Positions 12,775 through 24,912 of a stretch of DNA of 64,000 nucleotides are shown one piece after another. Below the pieces are notes generated by a model, which made no database searches, was not told where the DNA came from, and saw only the letters and a list, made by a program, of their open reading frames with translations. Both the position numbers and the translations under genes were made by a program. The stretch spans positions 217,992,001-218,056,000 of the forward strand of contig OZ024741.1 in the NCBI GenBank assembly GCA_964016885.1. The letters are read 5' to 3'. The first letter of the stretch is position 1. Each line of letters opens with the position of its first letter. The DNA is from Eledone cirrhosa (lineage: Eukaryota).

Positions 12775-13268
12775 CTAGCTGAGGTACTTGGTAATACCTG
12801 GGAGATGGGGTATTCCCAGTTCCCATTAAAATGCCCAATGCCTCTCAGACCAAAAATGAAATCAAAATATAGGACAGATAATCAAAAGCAAAGACAAATT
12901 CATTTATGAAACAATAATACAAATAAATATTGTTGAGTGCATTGGTCAGGCGAGAACATGTTTGTCAGAGAAGTTGAGTGTTGCTATAAGGAATAAAATA
13001 GAACCCCCATTACAGTGTCTTAATATTATTGAAATTTGCTGAAATTTTGTGAATAGGCATCATATCTTGTCATTTACCTATGGTTTAAATTTCATATAAA
13101 TCGAAGGGAAAAAATTTTCAGTGGGGAGTTTGAACCCCCATAAAATGAAATATATGTAAGAAATCAAATGGGCATGAGCCCCACACACGTGTCAAGTTTC
13201 ATCAAGATCGGTTTGGTAGTTTTTGAGTTTTAGGTCCACAAACAGACAGAAATTGCCATTTATGTATA
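12775..13268 (-). mobile_element. Non-autonomous Helitron
   Basis: Minus strand starts ..ATAAATGGCAATTTCTGTCTGTTTG and ends with hairpin CCCAGGTATTACCAAGTACC followed by TCAGCTAG|T. Confidence 0.65.
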
Positions 13269-13444
13269 TCATCATCATCATCGTTTTAGGTTCGTTCTTC
13301 AACGCTAGCATGAGTTAGGCAGGTTGTCCTGTTGTGAGCAGTGTCTAGTCGGCTGACCTTGTCTTGCTCATATAAGAACTGATTCTGGCTCGATTTCTAC
13401 AGCTGGATGCCCTTCCTAACACCAACCTCATTTACAGTGAGTGC

Positions 13445-13700
13445 TGGGTGCTTTTTTCCGTGGCGCCTACACGTCCAGGTTTCACTACCATGTAACATTG
13501 CTGTTCGTATACACGCATCATACAGTCTGCCTTTCATTTTGAGGGAAAAGCCTTTTGCAGCTAGCAGTGGAAGTGGCTCCCTGAACTTCTTCCAACCCGT
13601 TCTTACCCTAGTTATTGTACTTTCCAAACACCTACCTCCGCTGCTAATTCGGTCACCTAGGTAGCAGAAGCTGTCCACTGTTTCTAGAGACCTCCCAGAG
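13445..13700 (-). mobile_element. RTE-clade LINE RT fragment
   Basis: VDSFCYLGDRIS...RVRTGWKKFRE..PLL...LKMKGRLYDACIRTAMLHGSETW. Confidence 0.88.
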
Positions 13701-14254
13701 TTTGGTGGTGCTTATTTCCTGTGGTCTCTTGCTGCCTCAGCGCAGCTGCTACATATGAAGCCTACATCTCTTGTGTACCCATTGTTTGCATTTGGGGCAG
13801 AGGATGGAGTTCCTACCTACACCTTTCCTACATACTGAGCAAGGCCATTTTCCTGGTGGAATCTGGATTCTGTTTTCTCATCTACTTACAAGAACCTTTA
13901 AAGTATTTATTTTTAATTAAAAATATTCATAATTTTATCTAAGAATCTTCTAAACACCAACTTAACAATGAAGAATTTTGTTGTATAATAACTCTCTTAA
14001 AATTTGTGATAATTTTCAAAAATATTTGAAAATTATAGGCAATGTCTTATCATAATTTTATGTAAGTTTAGTTCAAAACATCAACGTAATGAGAAAGTTA
14101 GTCATAATTCTAAATCTTTCCAAATTATTTATTCAAAGATCATAAGAAGTGTTTATATGAGAAATATGATAAAATCTTCCATCATAATTTTATGTAAAAA
14201 AACCTTCCAAACACCAACTTAACAACAAGAAGGTTTGTTATATAACTCCCTTAA

Positions 14255-14460
14255 CCCTTTAGCATTTATACCGACTGTGTCTGGCCAGGGTTCTCACCTC
14301 TTTCTGTTCAAATCGGCTGTAATCAGCTGCTCATACTTATGTTAAAGTATTGTTCTCAAAATAAATAATATCAAAATCTCGTAGATTCGATACTATGTGA
14401 AATAAAGTGTTTACCATGAAAATACAATAGTCAATATAGAATAATGTAAATGCTAAAGGG
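14255..14460. mobile_element. TTAA-target (piggyBac-like) MITE
   Basis: Perfect TIR CCCTTTAGCATTTA / TAAATGCTAAAGGG flanked by TTAA on both sides. Empty-site paralogue of the flanks near 13990. Confidence 0.88.
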
Positions 14461-14620
14461 TTAAAATTCTTGATAATTTTCAAAAATAGGCCTTGTCCTA
14501 TATTAGAAATATGGTAATGAAAGGGACAACAATAACAACATGTAATGACCTGTTTCTGAATCAGCTTGCTCAGAAACCTGTTCCAAATAACAAAACACAA
14601 AAGTATTTAGATTCACTTAC

Positions 14621-14816
14621 CATCTTCTGTCTCTTTAGTCTTTGGTAAGGAATTTAGAAGTTCTTCAATTTTATCAGCATCAGTTTGTTTCTCATTAATC
14701 TCATAGCAGGCAATTAATTGTCCACTTCTAATTAGAGAAATTTTACTCTCAATCACTTGCAGTGCATCCTTGCTTAACATTAAACGATAGCAATTGGTGC
14801 AACACATAGATAGGAT
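14621..14816 (-). CDS. POLR1A: POLR1A coding exon 3
   Basis: ILSMCCTNCYRL...TEDE with CxxC. TTAG acceptor, GTAAG donor, phase 0 to 1. Confidence 0.9.
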
Positions 14817-15337
14817 CTAAAACAGAAAGAGATAAAGATAGATAGTAATATATATCATCATCATTTAATGTCCATTTTCCACGCTAGCATGGTTTAGATG
14901 GGTTGTACTATTAGAGTGAAGCTGGGTCAGGTGACCGTGTCTTACTCATATAGAACTGTTTCTAGCTAGGTTTCTATAGCTGGATGCACTTCCTAACACC
15001 AACCACATTTACAGTCTGTGCTGGGTGCTTTTTGTTGACACCTACATGACCACTTTACAGTGTGGCCTGGGTGCTTTTTGTTGTGACACCTACACGACCA
15101 CTTTACAGTGTGTGCTGGATATATTTTGTTCAGTGTAGGAGTAGTGTGAACAGGAGTGGGTGGGTAATCTCTGGAAATCACTGCGGTTTTGGTCCATATA
15201 TATATAAAACACGCTTTTTATCGTGGCACCAACACAATCACTTTACGAGGTTGACTGGGTGTTTTATTGAGGCCCCAACACTACCACTTTACAAGGGAGA
15301 CAGGGTACATATATAAACATATTGATTTAACACTAAC

Positions 15338-15462
15338 CCTGAACATCGTATTGTAGAGCATCGGGTTGTAGAGCAAAAGAGGTAAATGAATGTGACCAAG
15401 ATGACCTGTGCAGGTGGCTGGAGGCTGACCACATGTATAACAGATGTAACTGGACACTGAAC
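15338..15462 (-). CDS. POLR1A: POLR1A coding exon 2 (clamp Zn site)
   Basis: Reads GSVSSYICYTCGQPPATCTGHLGHIHLPLLLYNPMLYNTMFR (CxxC...CxGHxGHI motif). CAG acceptor, GTTAG donor, phase 1 to 0. Not in the ORF-track frame. Confidence 0.93.
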
Positions 15463-16135
15463 CTGGAAAGAAAGGAGAAATATGTTTAACCCATTCATTA
15501 CATTTCTATGATAATAACCAAGACTTTGGAAGGATTTAGTAACATAATTAATTAACTTTCTCATTATTTATTTGTTGCTTGGAACATAACTTAACAAAGG
15601 TTCTTATGTAAAATTATGATTGAAGGGTTTCATATAAATAGAAACACTTTAAAATAAACAGTTTTGTATTGTAGAAGCTAATTTTGCCTTTCATTATTTT
15701 GAGGTTGATAAAAAAAGTACCAGTACAATACTGGGGTTGATTTGTCCTCTATATTTCTTTCTTACTCATTATCCATCTGTCTCTCTTCTTCTCTGAAGGA
15801 AATTGGTTGTCTTCAAACTTGGACAGGAGATTGGCTCCCCCAGGTTTTAAATGCCCAAGACACACCGTGTGTCACCACGGCGCTCCTATGACTTGTCCAG
15901 TACTGGGATCGATTCTTCCTCTAAATACTTCTTTTTTTCTCTTCTTCTCTGGAGGAAATCTGCAGTGTTCAGGTGTGGAGAGGAGATGGCATCCAATGGG
16001 TTTGACACATTGTATGTCATCAGGAGTTATGGGTCCACATATATATCGTAGAATCAGAATCAAAAGTGGTCGCAGGTGGTTAAGTACAACAAAGGGTTAA
16101 CTAAAACACAATAAGAAAAAGGAATAAGAACTTAC

Positions 16136-16307
16136 CAAGAGCCAGGTCGTGCAGGCCATTGGGTTGTGGATGGAGCAGAGTATCAAATGTTTGTGAATTG
16201 TTTAAGAGTTTCACACTGAGGTTTTGGATTTCTTTTGAGGTGAACACTTCAAACGACACGCTATTGATGGTTTTGGAGTCTGGAATATCCCATTCTGGGT
16301 AGTCCAT
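16136..16307 (-). CDS. POLR1A: RNA polymerase I largest subunit, coding exon 1 (ATG at 16307)
   Basis: MDYPEW...INSVSFEVFTSKEIQNLSVK...FDTLLHPQPNGLHDLALG matches the RPA1 N-terminus. Donor GTAAG at 16135, phase 1. Upstream acceptor CAG at 16324-16326. Confidence 0.93.
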
Positions 16308-16410
16308 GGCTGTTTGTTAGTACCTGTGTTATATATAGAGAAACGTTAATTGATGGGGAGCTGGCAATAGAATAGACCTATATTCATACACACACAAACA
16401 TGTAAACTCA

Positions 16411-16496
16411 CATATCTGAAGAAGTGTCGATTAAGAGTCGGGATCCGATCGTATGATCAAACCCGAGCTGATCGATATAGAAACAATTGTAATATG
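16411..16496 (+). ncRNA. Type-I hammerhead ribozyme-like motif
   Basis: catat-CTGAAGA-[stem II gtgtcgatta..tcggg..cccga..tgatcgatat]-GAAAC-aatt-GTA-atatg. Perfect stem I, palindromic stem III. Confidence 0.7.
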
Positions 16497-16565
16497 AAAT
16501 AAAATTTCACAAAAACCAGCAATTCTTATTGTTACTTACTCTCTCTCTCTCTATATATATATATA

Positions 16566-16754
16566 ATTGTTTCTACTTTTGGCACAAGGCCAGCAATTAC
16601 CCAGTGCATTACTGGTACTTTATTTTATCGACCCCGTAAGGATGAAAGGCAAAGTTAACCTCAACGGGATTTGAACTCAGAATGGCAAGGGCCGTAACTC
16701 TATGCGTCAAAGCATGGCGTCCGACCCTCTACCGATACTGCCAATCCACCGCCC
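16566..16754 (-). mobile_element. Meta-like SINE; opposite-strand copies at 17135-17384 and 17650-17750
   Basis: Family consensus. Confidence 0.85.
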
Positions 16755-17388
16755 CTATATATAGTGTGTGTGTATGAATAAGTATAAAGCAAGTGCTCTA
16801 GTTCAAAAATGCTATCAAGATAGTTTATAAAATAGGGTGAACACCCTTAAAAGATGGTATCTGGAAGATATGTGGTTCAATTCCTCATAATGGCCGATGG
16901 CAACTTTTCTTCCCGTTTTTGTTTTAAGAGTGTTCACTCTACTCTTTAAGTTATCTTTATAGAGTTTCTGCGCTTACGCACTTTCTTTATACATATATTC
17001 TCTATGCTTCAAAACACCGAAAATTACACTCTGAACATTACAGTCGACTTAACTTTGGAATACAACCCAACATGAGACGGACCTCGTAACAACATCGAGT
17101 ACATGGCGGCGAACCGGCTGTAACTGTAGTTACATGGCAGTATCGGGGTCGATAAAATAAAGTACCAGTAATGCACTGGGTGATTGCTGGCCTTGTGCCT
17201 AAAGTAGAAACAAGTATCGGTAGAGGGTTGGACGCCATGCTTTCTAGCATAGTGACGTCCCTTTACGGTCTGAGTTCAAATCCCGGCGAGGTTAACTTTG
17301 CCTTTCATCCTTACGTCGTCGATAAAATAAAGTACCAGTAATGTACTGGTTAATTGCTGGCCTTGTGCCTAAAGTAGAAACAATTATG

Positions 17389-17436
17389 TCTTGTTACTCT
17401 AGAGTTTCGCGTGTTTATGACGGTCATCAGATAAGA
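17389..17436 (-). ncRNA. Minimal hammerhead-like motif within an ~80-bp foldback (17387-17467)
   Basis: tcttat-CTGATGA-ccgtcataaacacgc-GAAAC-tctaga-GTA-acaaga. Related copy near 18616-18660. Confidence 0.55.
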
Positions 17437-17850
17437 TAAACAGGCGAAACTCCAGAATAACAAGACAAACTATTTCACCTAAATAATATTGAATATTAAA
17501 ACTATATTTCTCAGCCGTCAACCACACACATGTATAAATACATATGTGTGTGTGTGTATACATAATATATATATACATGTATATTTATTATTAGTACAGA
17601 TTAAAAGTTTAAGCAAACAAATTTTGCTTTCACCCTAAAGCGAGATCTCGCCGAGGTTAACTTTGCCTTTCATCCTTACAGGGTCGATAAAATAAAGTAC
17701 CAGTAAAGTACTGGATACTTGCTGGCCTTGTGCCAAAAGTAGAAACAATTATTACTATATATGTGTGCGTGTGTGTGTATCCCGTGTTCAATCGGGGGTA
17801 ACCACAGTAATGTACTTAATACATAGCAGAGTATAAGATATTTAATATAG

Positions 17851-17943
17851 AAATGGTTTCTACAGGACTAGAACTGTTTCATTCGAAGGAAATTATAATG
17901 ATTTCCTTTGAATGAAACAGTTCTAGTCCTGTAGAAGCCATTT
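17851..17943. repeat. Near-perfect palindrome of a hammerhead half (GAAAC..GTC)
   Basis: AAATGGTTTCTACAGGACTAGAACTGTTTCATTC / GAATGAAACAGTTCTAGTCCTGTAGAAGCCATTT. Family members at 36893-36940 and 57793-57925. Confidence 0.8.
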
Positions 17944-18125
17944 AAATATATATATATATATATATACGTAAGCGACTAATTGAATCGCCGATTAAAAGCC
18001 TCGTGTGTTGTTAACGTTGTAAACAATAAGCTATAAGTTAATTTCACAAGAATCGAGAGGTGAGAAACAACACACACCTGTGACAATGAAAGGTTGGAGT
18101 AATTAGCAGTAATTTCTTCACTCAC

Positions 18126-18260
18126 CTTTAAGAGTTATTGGAGTTAATTAAACCCAAGTTGTAAATTTCCTCTGAAGCACAAGTTCGGTTTGACAACACG
18201 TGGATATAGGTTCCGGTTGAAACAAGTAAACACCGCACTAGACCACTATAACGACTAGAT
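18126..18260 (-). promoter_or_regulatory. Putative POLR1A non-coding first exon / promoter with E-box and ETS-like site
   Basis: Strong donor AAAG|GTGAGT at 18126/18125. AACACGTG E-box (CACGTG 18197-18202) and TTCCGG nearby. Non-repetitive stretch upstream of an exon that begins at an acceptor. Confidence 0.5.
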
Positions 18261-19651
18261 CACCAAACGAATGCGCTTTCGTCTATATTTCGTTGTATTT
18301 TTCTCTTTAATTATTATTATTTTTTTTTTTTACTGGTTTCATTTCTCTGACTGCAGTAATGCTGGGACACTTCCATTAAAGGGATTTAGTCAATCATATC
18401 GACATCGACTTCAGTACTTTTGTTTTTCTAATCTAGTATTTATTTTAACGATTATTGTTAAACCGCTGATTTACGAGACATAACAGGTAACAATCTCACT
18501 GTTTAGCCATAATAAATGACTACCTCATACTCTACTTCAGTATTGAGCACTTTCTCTCACGTTCGTCAATAACACACGGACACACACACATATTTATTTT
18601 ATTAAGGCTAAATGGAGTCTTGTTACTCTGGAGTTTCGCTTGTTTATCACAGGGTCATCAAATTCTACTTCAGTATTGAGTACTCTTTTCTCTCAGTCGT
18701 CAACCAGAGGCTGATATATATATATATATATATATACAACCATCGTTCTTCTAATTATACGTTGTGTTTTCATGTTCTCCTCGATCGAACATACTGTCGC
18801 AGTTGCCTCCCTTAGGCTCTATACGCGTATTTATTAGCAATGAAGGTTTATATTCTCAGTTGTCTGATTGACATCTAAAGCAACCGAGCTCAAGGACTTT
18901 GTGTCCAGCGTGTCATTAAATCGCTGGGAGTGAGGCACCCCTTAGCTTTTGTTAAAGCATGTCTCCCGGTGTATTTCGGAGATTTTTTAAAGGAAGAGGC
19001 TATTTAGCCGGACCCGGTAAAATAGACTCTCAGGCTATGTAGCCGGTAAAAGTGTCAGACACCACGAGTCACGGCCTTTTACGGTCTGAGTTAAGACAAT
19101 TTGAAATCTTTTCCACCATCAATTGTTAACAAACAAGTTAAAACCATTTAGTCGTCCATTCCTAACGTACGTTACGCTTTAGTTACATACACACACATCT
19201 ACACATAAATACATAAACAGATACAGACAATAGAAGTACATACACATATACACACACATCTACACGTAAATACATAAACAGATACAGGTAACAGAAGTAC
19301 ATAGGCAGATATAGACAACAGAAGTGCAAACCCACACATACAAATACATCTACTCATACATATTCATAAATAGACACATTATACAAAATAATAATTACAT
19401 ACACACACATCTATTAAGGAAGGGGCTGGTGAAATACTATAGCGATATGTGTGTTGCGTCTCTTTAAGGTTTACCGGCTACATAGCCTATTCGTTTTTTT
19501 AAATCGTTTCACTCCCCCTTTTCCAAAGGGGTTAACCGGACAGAGATAGCGGACCACAATATGGGCTGTCGGTTAAAAAGAAGCGTTCAACGACCTGTAT
19601 AAATGGTGCAAGTCGGAGCATTATCGGAGGCCATATTCAATTGATTCAGGT

Positions 19652-20053
19652 TTATCGAAGAAACTGGCGAATCTCGCGCATTAGCCTTTCCATCACCCGA
19701 GGCAACGCTGCGAGTGTGCTGGCTTGCTTCAAAAGTCATTAGAGAGGTCGCCCAGTACCCCCTCGCTGCTGTCTTTTGCTCTGGTGTTGGCTCGGTTGTT
19801 CACCCCTTCCTTTACATTTTCGTTACTGTTTTAAACGAGGATTAAACAATTTTTTTTAGTACTGTTTGGTATTCATTCTTAAGTTTCCACACAGTTTTTT
19901 TCCTCTCTTCTTTTATTTAAACATTGCCTTTCTCCCTTCTCTTCCCCTAAACCTTTTCCTTACTTTCGTTATTTAATTGTTTTCCCTCTTTCTTTTTCTT
20001 TTTGTTATTGCAAACATTATATAACCGAATTGAAATTTGTCGAATAAATAAAA
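19652..20053 (+). mobile_element. CRE-clade-like non-LTR 3' remnant
   Basis: RISLSITRGNAASVLACFKSH* resembles the CRE/RLE C-terminus (RLSIAIQRGNAASI), followed by a pyrimidine-rich UTR and AATAAA. Confidence 0.55.
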
Positions 20054-20385
20054 GTCACGGTAAACTTAGAATAAGGAACCGATAATTTGATAAACAAATG
20101 CTTATAAGTTTATTTGTATGTTTTGTTTTTACACAACACACCATTTAAAAAAAACCCCCTGTTGTTTGTAAAAAGTAACTTAGCCATTGGGTGACTAGAG
20201 ATCAATAAAATAAGTATAAGACTGAAAAAAGTAGAAGTCTGGGAGTGTATATCTGTGGACATACAGGCTGTGGGTACATGTATGTTGGTGAAGGTGTGTT
20301 TTCTAGCTGTGGGTGGTGATAATTTTGCCTAAGTTTATTTATATATAAACTTTTGATAGTGTGTATATACTTTTCATATATCTCT

Positions 20386-20503
<118 letters not shown>

Positions 20504-20705
20504 GAGAGAGAAAGTATATATACACTATCAAAAGTATATATATTTCTAGTTGATATAAAATGCTCGGATCTATTCATTGGAATCTTTGAGCAGTGGATAT
20601 GGCGCATGTCTCTCAGACATGACACCCTTAATTTAATTTTGGATATATAAATAAACATGAACTTTTGTTTTTCAAATTACGTCCCTTACATCGGTTCATT
20701 ATTCT

Positions 20706-21472
20706 GGTGGATTGGCAGTATCGGTAGAGGGTCGGACGCCATGCTTTCCAGCATAGTTACGTCCCTTAACGATCTGAGTTCAAATCCCGCCGAGGTTGAC
20801 TTTGCCTTTCATCCTTACGGGGTCGATAAAATAAAGTACCAGTAATGCACTGAGTAATTGCTGGCCTTGTGCCAAAAGTAGAAACAATTATTCTGGTGGA
20901 TTGGCAGTATCGGTAGAGGGACGGACGCCATGCTTTCCAGCATAGTTACGTCCCTTAACGATCTGAGTTCAAATCCCGCCGAGGTTGACTTTGCCTTTCA
21001 TCCTTACGGGGTCGATAAAATAAAGTACCAGTAATGCAATGGCTAATTGCTGGCCTTGTGACAAAAGTAGAAAATTATTCTATAAGCGGTGGATTTGCAG
21101 TATCGGTAGAGCGTCGGACGCCATGCTTTGACGCATAGAGTTACGGCTCTTGCCATTCTGAGTTCAAATACCGCCGAGGTTAACTTTGCCTTTCATCCTT
21201 ACGGGGTCGATAAAATAAAGTACCAGTATTGTACTGTGGTTAATTGCTGGCCTTGTGCAAAAAGTAGAAACAATTATTCTATAAGCGGTGATTGGCAGTA
21301 TCGGTAGAGTTGTCGGACGCCATACTTTGCAGCAAAGAGTTACGGCCCTTTATGGTCTCAGTTCAAATCCCACCGAGGTTAACTTTACCTTTCATCCTTA
21401 CGAGGTCGATAAAATAAAATAACAGTAATACACTGGGATAATTGCGGGCCTTGTGCCAAAAGTAGAAACAGT
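20706..21472 (+). mobile_element. Head-to-tail array of four Meta-like SINEs
   Basis: Units start ~20706, 20894, 21087 and 21286, each with A/B boxes. Confidence 0.92.
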
Positions 21473-21612
21473 TATTCTATGTTTTGCCGTCTGCAGAGCT
21501 CAGGCTATCATAATAGTCCTCAGTGACATATGTATAACGGAGATTTAAATAAACCTAAATCAACTGAATATGGCCTCTGATCTTTTATTAATATATGTAT
21601 ATTAAAGACAAT

Positions 21613-21803
21613 AATTGTTTCTACTTTTGGCACAAGGCCAGCAAATGACCCAGTGCATTACTGGTACTTTATTTTATCGACCCCGTAAGGATTAAAGGCA
21701 AAGTCAACCTCGGCGGGATTTGAACTCAGATCGTAAAGGGACGTAACTCTATGCTGGAAAGCATGGCGTCCGACCCTCTACCGATACTGCCAATCCACCG
21801 CCC
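21613..21803 (-). mobile_element. Meta-like SINE (further copies 22767-23157 x2 -, 25188-25374 +, 35210-35388 -, 59503-59683 +)
   Basis: Family consensus. Confidence 0.85.
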
Positions 21804-21940
21804 ATAATCTTTATAATAGCATATATACATACGTACATATATATATACACCTGTTATATTACTATTATGCCTTAGATGAAACACTGTGTAAGGAGTAAAT
21901 TTTGTTTTTAAATGTATTACCTTCTCCTCCACTTATTTTT

Positions 21941-21978
<38 letters not shown>

Positions 21979-21982
<4 letters not shown>

Positions 21983-22089
21983 ATGTTCAAGACCCCGACG
22001 GCAGAGCTAAAGCCGTTTCGACGGCTATTTCTCAACTAAATAGCCGTCGAAACGGCTTGAGCTCTGCCGTAGGAGTCTTGAACATTTTC
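21979..22089. repeat. Foldback hairpin at the end of a Penelope-like element
   Basis: ~50-bp near-perfect arms containing CGAAAC-GGC..GCC-GTH. Downstream sequence matches 41205-41340 and 22270-22337. Confidence 0.8.
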
Positions 22090-22169
22090 CTATTACCAAC
22101 TCTACTACCCAAAGTATTGAGTACTCTGGTGCGTTATGGTCCACCTGGTTCCTTACCACACTTGCTTCG

Positions 22170-22270
<101 letters not shown>

Positions 22271-22363
22271 TTCCTATTACCCACTCTACTACCCTAAGTA
22301 TTGAGTACTTTGGTGCGTTATGGTCCATCTGGTTCCTTACCACATTTCCTTCGTTATGTATAC

Positions 22364-22396
<33 letters not shown>

Positions 22397-22480
22397 AAAG
22401 GTAAACAGAAATAACAACACAATCGGTACAGTATATGGAAGGGATATATTAGGTTAACGCTTGGTGTAGCAGGAAGAGGG

Positions 22481-22516
22481 TCTTAACGTTTCGGACGCTA
22501 GTCCTTCATCAGAAGA
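22481..22516 (-). ncRNA. Minimal hammerhead ribozyme-like motif
   Basis: tctt-CTGATGA-aggac tagc gtcc-GAAAC-GTT-aaga. Decayed relatives at ~30396-30430 and ~59120. Confidence 0.65.
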
Positions 22517-22558
22517 AAGAATCAGAAATAAGATAGATTGAGGGGACGGGCGGGTTGG

Positions 22559-22646
<88 letters not shown>

Positions 22647-23299
22647 ACCCTTAATTCATATCCTGTAATTTAGTGGTTTGTCAAAGAGAGATTGTTAAAA
22701 TAAGAACTTAGGTTGATAGGATCCACTAACTCCCTTCACTGCAGTGCTTCTGCATGGTAGCCAAATAATTGTTTCTCCTTTTGGCACAAGGCCAGCAATT
22801 ATTCCAGTGTATTACTGGTACTTTATTTTATCGACCCCGTAAGGATGAAAGGCAAAGTTAAGCTCGGTGGGATTTGAACTCAGAATGGCAAGGGCCGTAA
22901 CTCTATGCTAGAAAGCATGGCCTCCGATCCTCTACCGATACTCCCAATCCACCGCCCTTAATAATAATAGTAATTGTTTCTACTTGAGGCACAAGGCCAG
23001 CAATTACCCAGTGCATTACTGGTACTTTATTTTATCGACCCCGAAAGGATGAAAGGCAAAGTTAACCTCGGCGGGATTTGAACTCAGATCGTAAAGGGAC
23101 GTAACTATGCTGGAAAGCATGGCGTCCGACCCTCTACCGATACTGCCAATCCACCGCTTAATAATAATAATAATGATTTCATTTATTGCCCAGTAAAATA
23201 ATATATTAATATTTAAAAGAAAAATGAATTTTAAATAAATTATGAAAACAAAGATAAAAAAAAGAAGTATATTTTAAAATATAATACAACCTTACTTCA

Positions 23300-23800
23300 G
23301 CATTTAGTAATCAGCAGAAGAGAGGTAGGTGTAAAAGCTAAACTTGCTATATTCAATTCGGTCATCGTGACAACTCTTACCTATGGTCACGAATCTTGAG
23401 TAACGATCGAAAGAATACAAGCGGCCGAAATGGGATTCCTCTAAAGGGTCCTTGGAGTAACGTTACTTGATGAAGTGCGTAGCTTGCCAATCAGAGAGTT
23501 CCTCCAGGTAGAGTCGCTTCTTCTCCAAATTGAGAGATGACAGCTCCGACACTATGGGCATGTGCTTAGAATGTCTCAGGAAAGAATTGCTGGACAGATT
23601 TTACGAGAAAAGTCAACTGGTCGGAGACCCAGCGGTAGATCCCGAGCAAGAAGGTTGGATAACATCTATGAGCTTGCCTGGTCATGGTTGGGGATCCAGC
23701 CACATCAGTTGGAGATGGTTGCTTCTGACAGGACCCGCTGGAAGGAGTGCTTGAGGACTGCCCACGACCCTCTCTGGAATAAGTAAGCGAAGAAGAATTA
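23300..23800 (+). mobile_element. RTE-clade LINE 3' fragment
   Basis: LTYGHES...IQAAEMGFL...IERRQLRHYGHVLRM...GRRPSGR; (GAA)n-like tail. Confidence 0.82.
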
Positions 23801-24272
23801 ACCTTAGAAAGAAATCGAAGTTGAGTTCCTTAAATTTATTTATTTATATATTTTTGTTTTCTATGTATACATGTTCAAATCGAATTTAATCATTAAAAAT
23901 AGAAATAAAAGAGAAGTCCAAAATAACATTAGAGTTATCTCCCCTACAGCACACAGCGGGGAGGAATTGCGGGCGTTTCAACACATTGGTACTCAAAGCT
24001 TTCACGACCAAGATAGACTTTTATCATACCAGTCTCATCTCTCGACGCCACTGATGTTGTCCAAGGGAAAGGTAGTGACCGATACAGCTTGACACCAGTG
24101 ACGTCACAACTCATTTCTGCTGCAGAGGGAACCGGAGCAACGTTTAATAAAGTGTCTTGCTAAAAAACACAATACAAAGCCCGGTCCGAGAATCGAAATC
24201 ACAACCTCGTGATTGTAAGCCCGACGCTCTAACCACTACACAATGCGCCTAATAGAATAGCATTTATTTTCT

Positions 24273-24615
24273 AGGCGACGAATTGGCAGAGTCGTTAGAA
24301 CGTCGGATAGAATACTTTATGGCATTCGTTCCTGCTCTCTGTTCTCGGAGTTCAAATCCCGCTGAGGTCAACTTTGCTGTTCATCCTCTCGAGGTCGATA
24401 AAAAGAAGTACCAGTCTAGTACTGGGTCGATTCTTTCTCTATATCTCTTTCTCACTTTCCTCTCTCTCACTTTCTATCTTTCTCTGAAAGAAATCTGTTG
24501 TACTCAGGCCTGGTGAGGGATGGGCTCTGCCAGGATTAAAATGCCCAAAGAAAGGCCGTATATCAATACGGCGCCCCTTCGACTCTATCAGGAGTTACGG
24601 GACCATACATACATT
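24273..24615 (+). mobile_element. Meta-like SINE variant with a different long tail (also 15678-16045 +, 46320-46650 -)
   Basis: tRNA head and core, then GAAATCTGTTGTACTCAGGCCTGG..TTAAAATGCCC tail shared by three loci. Confidence 0.7.
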
Positions 24616-24912
24616 TATTTTCTACGAAACTGGGGACCCACAACTTAATTAAGTAAAGTTGGGATATGTACCAGTAATAAGCTGAGGGATGATTGAAGCA
24701 GTTGATAAGATTCGAAATCGTACAGATTCTCCAATACAACAGTTTATTTTAAAAAAAAATAGTCTCTCGAACACTCCATAGCTTTTATTCTACGAGGCTG
24801 CAGAGTAGGGTCGCTTACAAGAAAGAAAAAAAAATGTTATTTTCGCCGCGGTAGACGGATGCGAACTTGCAGCGGTATATTTTATATTGCGGTTTATTTC
24901 CTTCAATATTTA

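Noticed and set aside
16780-16995. Imperfect inverted repeat (also 35757-35885) as a miRNA precursor
   Set aside because: Many mismatches and a long loop; more simply a decayed foldback element.
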